IMG/VR virus record: IMGVR_UViG_3300048852_000107
Location: 1 to 30,460 of that record
Direction: 5' to 3' (one strand)
Length of the DNA: 30,460 bases
From: a virus
Taxonomy: Duplodnaviria; Caudoviricetes
The notes under the pieces were generated by a model that saw nothing but the letters and a program-made list of their open reading frames with translations, ran no database searches and was not told the origin of the DNA. A program made the translations under genes and the position numbers. Positions 18,018 to 27,322 of the stretch are shown here, piece after piece (within the stretch, counting starts at the first letter, position 1; every line of letters starts with the position of its first letter).

Positions 18018-18524
18018 ATGGCCCTTCCCCGCAAGCTGAAATCCCTCAACCTGTTCAACGAAGGCCTGAGCTATCTCGGCCAGGTTGCAAGCGTCACCCT
18101 CCCCAAGCTCACCCGCAAGCTCGAGGATTGGCGTGGCGGTGGCATGGACGGCACGGTGAAGATCGACATGGGCGCCGAGCCGCTCGAGCTGGAATTCACC
18201 ACCGGCGGCCCCATGCGCGATGTGCTGCGCCAATATGGCCTCACCAGCATCTCCGGCGCCTTCCTGCGCTTCGCCGGCGCCTGGCAGGACGACGCCACCG
18301 GCAGTGTCGACACCGTCGAGATCACCGTTCGGGGCCGGCACGAAGAGATCGACATGGGCGAGGCCAAGCCCGGCGAGGGCGGCGAGTTCAAGGTGAAGTC
18401 CGCCCTCACCTACTACCGGCTCGACTGGAACGGCATCACCGAGATTGAGATCGACGTGCTCAACGGCGTCTTCATCGTGGGCGGCGTCGATCGCATGGCC
18501 GAGATCCGCGCGGCCATCAGCTGA
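18018..18524 (+). CDS. FII: tail tube protein
   Basis: MALPRKLK, LPKLTRKLE.WRGGGM and EIDV motifs. Confidence 0.95.
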   Translation: MALPRKLKSLNLFNEGLSYLGQVASVTLPKLTRKLEDWRGGGMDGTVKIDMGAEPLELEFTTGGPMRDVLRQYGLTSISGAFLRFAGAWQDDATGSVDTVEITVRGRHEEIDMGEAKPGEGGEFKVKSALTYYRLDWNGITEIEIDVLNGVFIVGGVDRMAEIRAAIS

Positions 18525-18583
18525 TTCCCCTGGGGCCGCGTCATCCGGCGCGGCCTTCCTCCTCCTGCAGAAAGCCCGTTACG

Positions 18584-18919
18584 ATGGAAACCGCTCAGCC
18601 CTCGACCGTCCCCAACGACAGCCCCGCCCAGCGCAGCTTCACCACCGAAGCCGCGATCATGCTGGGCGACAAGGAACTGATCGCCAGGGGCACCAGGATC
18701 TACGTGCGCAAGCCCGGCTCGGGCGAGCTGCGCGGCCTGCAGCTCCAGTCGCTCTTCCAGCTCGATGTGCTCCAGCTCGAGGCACTGGCTCCGCGCATCA
18801 CCACGCCGATGATTCACAAGGGCGCGATCATGGATCCCGCGGACCTGATGCAGTTCGGCGCAGAGGTGCTGGATTTTTTGCTGCCGCAGGCCGCGAAGCC
18901 GGACTTCCCGCAAGCGTAG
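18584..18919 (+). CDS. E: tail assembly chaperone gpE
   Basis: RKPGSGELRGL, PRITTP and DPADL motifs. Confidence 0.88.
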   Translation: METAQPSTVPNDSPAQRSFTTEAAIMLGDKELIARGTRIYVRKPGSGELRGLQLQSLFQLDVLQLEALAPRITTPMIHKGAIMDPADLMQFGAEVLDFLLPQAAKPDFPQA

Positions 18920-19056
18920 ACGATGTGATGGCCGATGTGGCGAGCGTCTTTCACTGGTCGCCTTCGGTCATGGATCCGATGAGCCTGCCCGAGCTGATGG
19001 GGTGGCACGGCCGCGCGATCGAGCGGCTCAGGGCGATGAACGGCGTGAAGGACTAG
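18874..19056 (+). other. programmed -1 frameshift site TTTTTTG (18874-18880) and E' extension giving gpE+E'
   Basis: Same slippery run as P2 gene E; the -1 frame encodes MADVASVFHWSPS...ELMGW, typical of E'. Confidence 0.85.
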
Positions 19057-19060
19057 CCTC

Positions 19061-21556
19061 TTGGACCGTAATCTCCGCATCCGCATGCTGCTCGAGGCGA
19101 GCGAGAAGGTAACCGGGCCGCTGCGCAACGTCGCCAGCGGCTCCAACCGCACGGCCCGCGCCCTCAAGGCGACGCGCGATCGCCTCAAGCAGCTCGAGCA
19201 GGCACAGGCAGACATCGGCGCCTTCCGCTCGCTCAAGATGGGGCTGCGCACCACCGAGGCGCAGCTCGGCAGCGCGCAGGCGGGGGTCGCCGCGCTCGCT
19301 CGCGAGATGGACGCCGCCGGCACGCCCTCGCGCAAGCTCGCGCGCGACTTCGACAACGCGCGGCGCGCGGCCGCGGCACTCAAGATCCAGCACGAGCAGC
19401 AGTCGAGCGAGCTTCAGCAGGTTCGCAGTCGCATGCGGGATGCAGGCCTGGGCGCCGATGGCCTCGTCGCCCACCAGCGCGAGCTGCGTGCCGCGATCGC
19501 GCGCACCAATACCGAGCTGCAAGAGCATGGCCGACGCCTGCAGGCGGCCGACACGCGGGCTCGCCGCTTCGCTGCCGGGCGCCAGCGCTTCTCGGCGATC
19601 CAGAATGGCGCCACCGGCCTTGCCGCCGGTGGCTTCGCGGCGATCCAGACGGGCGAGTCGATCGGCCGCCCCGTGCTCGGCGCCGTAGCGGCCGCCCAGC
19701 AGTACCAGTCGGCGATGACCGACATTGCCCAGAAGGCGAACCTATCTCGCCAGGAAGGCGAGCGCATGGGCCTGGCGCTGGCGCGCGCGGCGCGCGCCGC
19801 GAACCAGATGCCCGCGGATCTGCAGGCGGGTGTCGATGCGCTGTCCGGCTTCGGCCTCGATCCGCGCGAGGCGACGCGCATGATGGCGCCGATCGGCCGC
19901 GCCGCTACCGCCTACAAGGCCGAGATCGCGGATCTCTCAGCCGCGGCCTTTGCTGTGAGCGACAACCTGAAAGTGCCGGTCGACCAGACCGCGCGCGTCA
20001 TCGACGTGATGGCCGCGGCGGGCAAGGCCGGCGCTTTCGAGATGCGCGATATGGCGCAGCACTTCCCAGCCCTCACTGCGGGCTATCAGGCGCTGGGGCA
20101 AAAGGGCGTTCCCGCCGTCGCGGATCTCTCCGCCGCGCTGCAGATCGCGCGCAAGGGCGCCGGCGATTCCGCCAGCGCCGCCACCAATGTCGCCAACCTT
20201 CTGCAGAAGATCACGTCGCCGGCGACGGTACGCGCCTTCCAGAAGAACTACGGTGTCGATCTGCCGGCGGCGCTCAGGCGCGCCTATCAGGAGGGCAAGA
20301 CACCGATCGAGGCGATCGCCGAGCTGAGCAGCAAGACGCTGAACGGCGACATGTCGAGGCTCGGCTACCTGTTCGAAGACGCCCAGGTGCAGCAGGCGCT
20401 GCGCCCGCTGATTGCCAATATGGAGGAGTATCGCCGGATCCGCGCGGAGGCCGGAGCATCCAGCGGCACCACCGATGGCGACTTCGCCGAACGCATGAAG
20501 GATTCCGCCGAGAAGGCACGCGAGCTGAAGGTCCGCGCACAGACACTGGCCATCACGCTTGGCGCGCAGCTCCTCCCCGCTGCAAATCGGGTCGCTACAA
20601 TGGCCTCTGCTGTCGCGGACCGGATCTCGGCATGGTCGCAGCGGCACCCGGTGCTGGCAAAGGGGATCGCCCTCGCGCTTGCGGGCCTGAGCGCGCTGTT
20701 CGTGGTCGTGGGCGGCGGCGCTATCCTCATCGCCGGACTGGCCGCGCCTTTCGCCGCGCTCTCGGCAACGGCGGCGGTGCTGGGCATCGGCATGGCCCCG
20801 CTGATCGGCATCGTCGGCGGCGTCGTGGTCGGCATCGGCGCGCTCGTCGCTGCCGGCTATTATCTCTACGCGAATTGGAGCGGGATAGCGGCCTGGTTCG
20901 GCCGGCTCTGGCAGGGCATCAAAAGCTTCTTCTTCACCAGCATCCAGGCGATCGGCGCCTTCCTCCTCGGCTTCACGCCACAAGGGTTGTTGCTCCAGGG
21001 GTTCATGCGGCTGCTCGCCTGGCTGCGCGGCGACATGGCCGGCCAGCTCGTCTCCGCGGGCGGCGATCTGGTGCGCGGCCTGATCCGCGGCATCACCGGC
21101 ATGCTCGGCCAGCTCCACTCGACCATCGTCAACGCGGCAAGCTCGGCGGCCAACTGGTTCAAGGCGAAGCTCGGCATCCGCTCGCCCTCGCGCGTCTTCG
21201 CCGCCTTTGGCGGGTTCATGATGCAGGGGCTCGATCGCGGCATCGCTGCTACCCAGTCCGAGCCCGTCCAGCGGATCCAGACGCTCTCGCGCGAGCTGAT
21301 CACGGCCTTCAGCGTCGGCACGGCAGCGACCGCGGCGATGCCGGCGGCCGCCGCCCCGCCGCGCGCGGCCATTGCTGCCCAGGCACCGGCTCCGGGCCCA
21401 GCGTCCAGGATCGAGATCCACATTCACCAGCAGCCCGGCCAGTCTGCGCAGGATCTCGCGCGCGCCGTGCGCGCCGAGCTCGAGCGGATTGACGGCGATC
21501 GTCGGGCCACGCGGCGCAGCACCATGCTCGATTCGCCCGACGGGGAAGACGCATGA
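19061..21556 (+). CDS. T: tail tape measure protein
   Basis: 831 aa, Ala-rich helical with hydrophobic segments and LGIRSPSRVF; TTG start. Confidence 0.93.
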   Translation: MDRNLRIRMLLEASEKVTGPLRNVASGSNRTARALKATRDRLKQLEQAQADIGAFRSLKMGLRTTEAQLGSAQAGVAALAREMDAAGTPSRKLARDFDNARRAAAALKIQHEQQSSELQQVRSRMRDAGLGADGLVAHQRELRAAIARTNTELQEHGRRLQAADTRARRFAAGRQRFSAIQNGATGLAAGGFAAIQTGESIGRPVLGAVAAAQQYQSAMTDIAQKANLSRQEGERMGLALARAARAANQMPADLQAGVDALSGFGLDPREATRMMAPIGRAATAYKAEIADLSAAAFAVSDNLKVPVDQTARVIDVMAAAGKAGAFEMRDMAQHFPALTAGYQALGQKGVPAVADLSAALQIARKGAGDSASAATNVANLLQKITSPATVRAFQKNYGVDLPAALRRAYQEGKTPIEAIAELSSKTLNGDMSRLGYLFEDAQVQQALRPLIANMEEYRRIRAEAGASSGTTDGDFAERMKDSAEKARELKVRAQTLAITLGAQLLPAANRVATMASAVADRISAWSQRHPVLAKGIALALAGLSALFVVVGGGAILIAGLAAPFAALSATAAVLGIGMAPLIGIVGGVVVGIGALVAAGYYLYANWSGIAAWFGRLWQGIKSFFFTSIQAIGAFLLGFTPQGLLLQGFMRLLAWLRGDMAGQLVSAGGDLVRGLIRGITGMLGQLHSTIVNAASSAANWFKAKLGIRSPSRVFAAFGGFMMQGLDRGIAATQSEPVQRIQTLSRELITAFSVGTAATAAMPAAAAPPRAAIAAQAPAPGPASRIEIHIHQQPGQSAQDLARAVRAELERIDGDRRATRRSTMLDSPDGEDA

Positions 21557-21960
21557 CGATGATGAGCCTCGGCATGTTCGCCTTCTCGCTTCCCACCCTC
21601 GCCTTCCAGGAGCTGCAGCGCCGCCAGTCCTGGCGCCACGCGCGCAGTGCCCGGGTCGGCGCGCGCGACGCGGTGCAGTTCGTCGGGCCCGATTCCGCCA
21701 CCATCTCTCTCAACGGCAGCGCGCCCGCCGAGCTTATGGAGGGCCGCGCATCGCTCGATCGGCTGCGCGAGATGGCAAACGGCGGAGAGGCCTGGCCGCT
21801 CGTTGATGGCGCCGGCACCGTCTACGGCGCCTTCGTCATCACTGCGATCGATGAGCGGCAGACGCATTTCCTGCCCGACGGCACACCCCGCATGATCGAT
21901 TTCGGCATCGACTTGCTGGAGGTCGACGCGGCCGAGGGCGCCGCGCGCAGCGGCGTATGA
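21553..21960 (+). CDS. U: tail protein U
   Basis: MMSLGMFAF, QFVGP and LVDGAGTVYG motifs. Confidence 0.92.
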   Translation: MTMMSLGMFAFSLPTLAFQELQRRQSWRHARSARVGARDAVQFVGPDSATISLNGSAPAELMEGRASLDRLREMANGGEAWPLVDGAGTVYGAFVITAIDERQTHFLPDGTPRMIDFGIDLLEVDAAEGAARSGV

Positions 21961-22961
21961 CCGTCGCCGTCCCCGATTTCCGCGTCCTGCTCGGCCAGCA
22001 AGACCTGTCGCCCCGGATCCGCCCGCGCCTGATTTCGCTGCGGCTGGTGGAAAGGCGCGGCGGTGAGGCCGATCAGCTCGATATCGTGCTCGACGACAGC
22101 GATGGCCGCCTCATGCTCCCGCCCGAGGGCGCCGAGCTGACGCTCCAGCTCGGATGGAGTGCCGGGAGCGACGTGCCGCTCGGCCTGATCGACAAGGGGC
22201 GCTTCATCGTCGACGAGCTCGAACATTCCGGCCCGCCGGACACGCTCACCATCCGCGCCCGCTCGGCCGATTTCACCAGCGCCATCGCCACGCGCCGCGA
22301 GCAGAGCTGGCATGATACGACGCTGGGCGACATCCTGCGCCAGATCGCCGGGCGGCACGGCCTCGCCGTCCGCTGCGCCCCGGCGCTTGCCGCGATGGCG
22401 CTCAAGGCGCTCTCCCAGTCGCGCGAGAGCGATATCGCCTTCCTGCGCCGCCTGGGCCGCGAGCATGACGCGCTGGCCACCATCAAGGCGGGTTCGCTCA
22501 TCTTCGCGCCGATCGGCGCCGGCACCACCGCTGGCGGCCAGCCCCTCCCCTCGACGGTGATCCGTCGCCGCGACGGCGATCGCCATACATTCCGGATCGA
22601 GAAGCGGCAGGCCGTGGGCCGCGTCACTGCCGCCTGGCACGATCGCAGCTCGGCGAAGAGGAAGACCGTCACCGCAGGCGCGGGCGACGGGCCCGAACGC
22701 AAGCTCGCGCGGGTCTTTCCGTCCCAGGAGGCCGCTCGCCGCGCTGCCGAGGCGGAGGCAAGGCGCGGTGCGCGCGCACCGCGCAAGCTGAGCCTGAACC
22801 TCGCCCTTGCGCGGCTCGACCTCTATCCCGAACAGAAGATGCGCGCCTTAGGCTTCAAGGCGGAGATCGATGGCACCGACTGGTTGCTGGCAGAGGTGGA
22901 GCACCAGCTCGATGGCAGCGGCGGGTTTGCGAGCCAGCTTCAGCTTGAGCTGACCGGCTAG
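21957..22961 (+). CDS. D: late control/baseplate hub protein D
   Basis: EADQLDI.LDD, HSGPPD, ARSADF and ESDIAFLRRL motifs. Confidence 0.93.
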   Translation: MTVAVPDFRVLLGQQDLSPRIRPRLISLRLVERRGGEADQLDIVLDDSDGRLMLPPEGAELTLQLGWSAGSDVPLGLIDKGRFIVDELEHSGPPDTLTIRARSADFTSAIATRREQSWHDTTLGDILRQIAGRHGLAVRCAPALAAMALKALSQSRESDIAFLRRLGREHDALATIKAGSLIFAPIGAGTTAGGQPLPSTVIRRRDGDRHTFRIEKRQAVGRVTAAWHDRSSAKRKTVTAGAGDGPERKLARVFPSQEAARRAAEAEARRGARAPRKLSLNLALARLDLYPEQKMRALGFKAEIDGTDWLLAEVEHQLDGSGGFASQLQLELTG

Positions 22962-23108
22962 TGCGGTGGCCGCATGCGGCCGAAAGTGGGCCGATTGCTG
23001 AAGCGCAGGTCCTGGTCACCGAAACGTCAAGGCCGCCGCGCGGTTTGTCAAAGAAGCACGGCGACCGCCGAAGCATAAGCTGCCGTTGTTCGCGAACGGA
23101 TGAATTCG

Positions 23109-25499
23109 TCATTCAGGCAGAAAGCCCAATTCAAACACCTTCGGACGCAGTTTCGAGGTCAACGCAGCATAGGCGGCCTTGAATGGATCGAAGTCGGTCA
23201 GCTCGGTGTCGCTATAGGCTTCGAGCGCGCGGCGAATCTGATACCATCCGGCATCGGGGCGCCCAAGCTTGTATTCGTCGCGGATCTTGCGCGGGAAGCT
23301 GGTAGCATGGAATCGCGTCCACAATTTGCGGCCCTCGTCGAGCACTGACCGTGCCTCGGGCGAGAAGGTCATACCGGCCATGTGGCGGACCATGAAGTCG
23401 CTCTCGAACCGCCCCTTGGCGCCAACCTCGGCTTCGGTGAAGGGAATGAAGTGATTGACGAGGCTCCAGTCGCGATCGTTCCAGCGCAGCCCGTCGGCCC
23501 CGGCCGTCAGGTTCTTACCAGCGAACAGCATCCAGACGAGGCAGTCAGATTTGAACTCATCGGTCAGTGGCTGCGACGGCTGCAGGAATTGATCATTGTG
23601 ATTTTGCCAAGTGTGCGATGCCAACATGCGCACAGAAAACACGACCGCAGCTTGCCACAGGTTTGACGGACTCAGCCAGACACCGCCGCCATTGCCTCCC
23701 GTGAATATCGAAGACGTGATTAAGGTCTCTTGCCCAGCGTGTTGTAGATCATTGTTGCTGGCATATAGATACCCGAGTGCTTCATTGAGCTGCTTCTTCG
23801 GCCGCGGGTTACTCGCAACCGTCAGAGCGTTCGAAAGGGGCAGAGCCGGACCGCCCTTCGCGCTCGTTTTCGACATCCACACATTTAACAAGCACGCAGC
23901 TGGACGAACCGCGTAGGTCTTTTCGCGAATCAGCGTACCGGACCGATCGAGTACGTTAGTCGTAATGTCGGAAAGCGGCGCTCTACTACCCTGATCCCAT
24001 ACCAGAAAGCCGATCGGAAAATTGCCCTTGAGGCCGTCAAAGGCGCGGTTGTGCACCACGAAGCCGCCGAGATACTGCGCCTGCCAGATACGGCGAAAAG
24101 GTTCGAAGTTCGGCGCGTTCACATATTTGAGCGTGCTGAACATCGCGAGCTTGGCGTTTGGCAGCTCGTGACGAATGCGGACGAGAAACTGCGTGAACAG
24201 CTCTTTGCTTGCGTAACCAACATTCATTTGACGCATCCAGCCGTTGATGCGGGTTTTTTCGATGCCGACCTTGTTCTCGTCGCCCTTCGCAATCCCTGAT
24301 CCGCTTTCAGCATACGGCGGGTTGATCAGCACCAGAATCGGCTTGGCGCCCTTCCTGCCCTCTTTTGCATCAGCAATCGCTTGGCGCAGCGCCATCGGCA
24401 GCTTGTTCGACAAGCCGTAGTCGATCTCGCCAAAATCGGTGACGTCGTCGTTCAGATAGTCGTACTGAAAAATCTCCGCACCTGCGAACGCCGGGTTCGA
24501 TTTCATGATCGTCACATCGGCTTGGTCGAGCGTCGACATGAAGACGTTGCGGAGATTGCTGTGCTTGGCCTCGAGATTGCCTACGCCCGCACACATGTCC
24601 CACACCAGATAGCGGTCTTGCCAATTTTCGCCCAGCGTGGCGCGCAGCTGGTCATAAGCTTTGTCGACAATGTGCAGCGGCGTGTAATAGGCGCCCTTGA
24701 ACTTTTGCTCGTCGACCGGCAGCAGGCTGTCGCGCCGTTCGAGCAGGTAGTGGCGATGCTTCTGCTCGGGCGGGCGATGGTAGATCGCCCAGAAGTTGCG
24801 ATAGCCGCGGTCGTTCGCGAGTTCGTAGGTTTCACCGTTGAGCAGGAAGGTTGGCCCGTCCGCTGTCATGAGCAGCCGCGCGGGCAGATTGTGCATCGCC
24901 TCGTGCTCGCCGTCGTGCATAATGTCGGCGAAGAAGAGCACGGCATAATCCGCGGGCGTCCTCACGCCCAGTTCCTCACCGATCATCGCGACCCAGCGGT
25001 CGAACACCTGCCGCAGATTATCGGGCGTGATCGGCGTGCGGATAATGCGGCGTTGTTTGATCGCCTCCTTTACCGCCTTGACGAACGCCGCCTCGTCATG
25101 CGCGATCTCATATTCAACGATGTGCGTCTGGACGTAGGGAGCGATCTGCGCTCCCAGTTCCTTGCCCGCGCCCGATCCGGATTTCGGCCAGACTATGCTC
25201 TTGTCGTCGAGCAAAGGCAGGGCCTTCTCGGTCGGCATGATAGCGGCCTTGTCGCGGTCGATGACGGCAAGGAAGGCAGGGATCGGCTCGCCGCGTTTTT
25301 TCGCCGCGCGAATGTAGAACATCAATTGCGCGAACATGACGATCGGCGGTGTCGAAACCGCTTTTGCCTCGAACCAGACCTCCTGTGTCTGGATATCGAC
25401 AAGGTTCTTGGAAACGCCTTTAAGCCCCAGGGCTGAGATATAGGCGTCTTTGACGTCCTCCTCGGTGCGGGCCTTGGCGAGCGCGTGTGCCAGTGTCAT
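23109..25499 (-). CDS. fused PD-(D/E)xK nuclease plus gamma-class N6-adenine methyltransferase (type IIG-like restriction-modification protein)
   Basis: TEEDVK...VD...WFEAK, GAYYTP, WDMCAGVGNL (motif I), INPPY (motif IV), long C-terminal putative TRD; start is ATG 25499 or TTG 25526. Confidence 0.8.
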   Translation of the reverse strand: MTLAHALAKARTEEDVKDAYISALGLKGVSKNLVDIQTQEVWFEAKAVSTPPIVMFAQLMFYIRAAKKRGEPIPAFLAVIDRDKAAIMPTEKALPLLDDKSIVWPKSGSGAGKELGAQIAPYVQTHIVEYEIAHDEAAFVKAVKEAIKQRRIIRTPITPDNLRQVFDRWVAMIGEELGVRTPADYAVLFFADIMHDGEHEAMHNLPARLLMTADGPTFLLNGETYELANDRGYRNFWAIYHRPPEQKHRHYLLERRDSLLPVDEQKFKGAYYTPLHIVDKAYDQLRATLGENWQDRYLVWDMCAGVGNLEAKHSNLRNVFMSTLDQADVTIMKSNPAFAGAEIFQYDYLNDDVTDFGEIDYGLSNKLPMALRQAIADAKEGRKGAKPILVLINPPYAESGSGIAKGDENKVGIEKTRINGWMRQMNVGYASKELFTQFLVRIRHELPNAKLAMFSTLKYVNAPNFEPFRRIWQAQYLGGFVVHNRAFDGLKGNFPIGFLVWDQGSRAPLSDITTNVLDRSGTLIREKTYAVRPAACLLNVWMSKTSAKGGPALPLSNALTVASNPRPKKQLNEALGYLYASNNDLQHAGQETLITSSIFTGGNGGGVWLSPSNLWQAAVVFSVRMLASHTWQNHNDQFLQPSQPLTDEFKSDCLVWMLFAGKNLTAGADGLRWNDRDWSLVNHFIPFTEAEVGAKGRFESDFMVRHMAGMTFSPEARSVLDEGRKLWTRFHATSFPRKIRDEYKLGRPDAGWYQIRRALEAYSDTELTDFDPFKAAYAALTSKLRPKVFELGFLPE

Positions 25500-25680
25500 C
25501 GAGTATGGTGGCCCCGTTTCGCTCAAAGATAGGTTGGCAGGTATACGGCTGTTTCGGTGGTTGGCGATATCTAAGCGGACCCTAAGCTAGCCAACTCATA
25601 GCGGTCGTTCACGCGCTATCCACGAATGGCCGGTTACGGGATCGCTCGCGAGTAGAGCGAATGATCGAATGTGAGGGCGC

Positions 25681-26238
25681 TTAGATGCTCTTTGAGGCCT
25701 GAGCCGCTTCCTGCAAAAATTGGATCATCTTAGCCGACAAAGGAGTTGCCGCCCGCCGGTTCCGGCGGGCGAATTTGGCTTGAAGGCTGCTATATTCATG
25801 TTGAGCCACTTCTAGCGTGCGCCCCGCGCTGAAGAGCCGGGACCGCCGTTCGTTTCGACGATCGGGATCATCGTTCAAAACCGCGTCAATTCGGCTGTTC
25901 ACCGCATGAACCGAACTACGAATGATCGCTATAGATTCAACCATGCTCGAAGGGAGCTTTGAGATATCTAGCTCTCGAAGAACTTCGATCATCTCACTTG
26001 CGCGCGCGCCTCTCAGCGCGAACTCAGTTGGCTTTGCTGGATCGGTCAAGGCGTCTAGACGCTCAGTAACAAAGTCAACGGAGTGCCGCGCAAGACGAGC
26101 GGCGGCAACAGCCGCGCCACGTCGATCAAACCACTGTTGAAGACCAACATAAGCGAAGCCGGCACCAATTGCTGCGACAGACGCCCAAGCTTGAATTGCT
26201 GCATAGGTTTCGCCCGATCCCGACGCTCCGTAAGCCAT
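25681..26238 (-). CDS. hypothetical protein with N-terminal TM helix (185 aa)
   Basis: G-rich RBS; hydrophobic AIQAWASVAAIGAGFAYVGL followed by a helical domain; lower GC. Confidence 0.7.
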   Translation of the reverse strand: MAYGASGSGETYAAIQAWASVAAIGAGFAYVGLQQWFDRRGAAVAAARLARHSVDFVTERLDALTDPAKPTEFALRGARASEMIEVLRELDISKLPSSMVESIAIIRSSVHAVNSRIDAVLNDDPDRRNERRSRLFSAGRTLEVAQHEYSSLQAKFARRNRRAATPLSAKMIQFLQEAAQASKSI

Positions 26239-26602
26239 TCCCCCCCCTTATGGATGTGCTCGTGCTCAAAGTGACATTGGCTTAATCGGCAGCAGTTTCA
26301 CAATCCCCGAAATCCCCGGGACCGTCGGCTGCTGTCGGGATTGCCGGTGAGCTTACCTGGCAGAGTTTGGGGTGCGCAACTGCCGTTGCGCTCCAGCTGA
26401 ATGAACAGCCGGGATCGTGGGAATACGGCCGTAAAGCGGCCTGGCTGCCGTCCTCCCAGAAGCGGAGGCAGATTAGTCGCTCAGCAAACGCAGCTTCTAG
26501 GATCCCGCGAGATTGCGCTGTACGGCGGGAATGCGGGTGAAAGCCTCCGCTCGGCTACTACTGCAGAGCCCATCTTCCCATGTTGGATTCTGTCCGCGAC
26601 AA

Positions 26603-26627
26603 GAACGGATCAGGAACGATTCGGAAC
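26603..26627. promoter_or_regulatory. alphaproteobacterial LexA (SOS)-type box
   Basis: GAAC-GGATCAG-GAAC (N7) at 26603-26617 plus a third GAAC at 26624; intergenic. Confidence 0.65.
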
Positions 26628-26637
26628 CAGCGAAAGA

Positions 26638-26928
26638 GTGAGCGAACCGGTATATCGGCTGACCCCAGGGTGCGAGCTGGCGTGCCCGCGATGCGAGATT
26701 ATGTGCGCGGTGCTCGCGGCTGCTCGGGATCAGTACTGGCGCGATCTCGAGGAGCTTCATCGTGTTCGGGCGCTTCGTCCCTCGCGGGTGCAGGCATCAG
26801 ATCTTGAAGCTGCGAAAGACCGGCTGGCAGCAGCCGAGCGAGAGTTCGCGCGAGTTCGTCCACCGGCTTGGATAGATCCAACGTTCGAAGCAGACCCTCG
26901 TACATCCGCGCCAGTGCAGCTTCACTAG
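26638..26928 (+). CDS. Cys-rich hypothetical protein antisense to the repressor; candidate SOS-induced antirepressor (96 aa)
   Basis: GTG 20 nt after the LexA-type box; CELACPRCEIMC followed by amphipathic helices. Confidence 0.5.
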   Translation: MSEPVYRLTPGCELACPRCEIMCAVLAAARDQYWRDLEELHRVRALRPSRVQASDLEAAKDRLAAAEREFARVRPPAWIDPTFEADPRTSAPVQLH

Positions 26929-27247
26929 GAAGAGCGACTTGCATCGTGACCAATTGAAGCGACGGCGCTTGGTCCGACGCGACTGGCGTGACAGTTTGTC
27001 CTCGCGCGGCCCTTTCGAGCTGTTCGGCTCGCTCCACAGCGTTCCTTACGAACCTGATCCAGCGGGGTACCGACTTGGTGTGACCCTTCTCGAAATTTGA
27101 CACCGCTTGTTGCGTTAACGTCATGTCATCGCCGGCGCGCGACGCCTCAAACGTGGCTCGCTTCGCTACCTCAGCCGCGCTCCACCCGAGCCGCCGTCGT
27201 GTTTCAATTAGCCAGTCAATTTGGTCGAGTACGTTGTGCACCGGCAC
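26699..27247 (-). CDS. CI-like XRE HTH repressor without an S24 peptidase domain
   Basis: RRRLGWSAAEVA...LTQQAVSNFEKG HTH; divergent from the cro-like gene. Confidence 0.82.
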   Translation of the reverse strand: MPVHNVLDQIDWLIETRRRLGWSAAEVAKRATFEASRAGDDMTLTQQAVSNFEKGHTKSVPRWIRFVRNAVERAEQLERAARGQTVTPVASDQAPSLQLVTMQVALPSEAALARMYEGLLRTLDLSKPVDELARTLARLLPAGLSQLQDLMPAPARDEAPEHDEAPRDRASTDPEQPRAPRT

Positions 27248-27249
27248 AC

Positions 27250-27314
27250 GCTACAAACTTTTTTGTAGCCGCAAGCTCACAAAATGCTTGTGACTTCTTG
27301 TTGTTTTTTGTAGC
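27250..27314. promoter_or_regulatory. operator region between cI and cro
   Basis: GCTACAAA-CTTT-TTTGTAGC (27250-27269), TCACAA-N5-TTGTGA (27277-27293), half-site TTTTGTAGC ending at 27314; AT-rich. Confidence 0.78.
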
Positions 27315-27322
27315 TGACGGTT

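Noticed and set aside
18534-18560. Hairpin GGCCGCG/CGCGGCC after the tube gene as an intrinsic terminator
   Set aside because: Followed only by TTCCT; at most an attenuating or stabilising structure.
26481-26573. 30-aa minus-strand ORF (MGSAVVAERR...) on the other side of the LexA-type box
   Set aside because: Short, poorly spaced RBS and no features; minus-strand regulation by the box is not excluded.
26401-26637. N-terminal 79 codons of the 175-aa ORF 26401-26928
   Set aside because: They run through hairpins and the LexA-type box and do not look protein-like; the GTG at 26638 is the better start.
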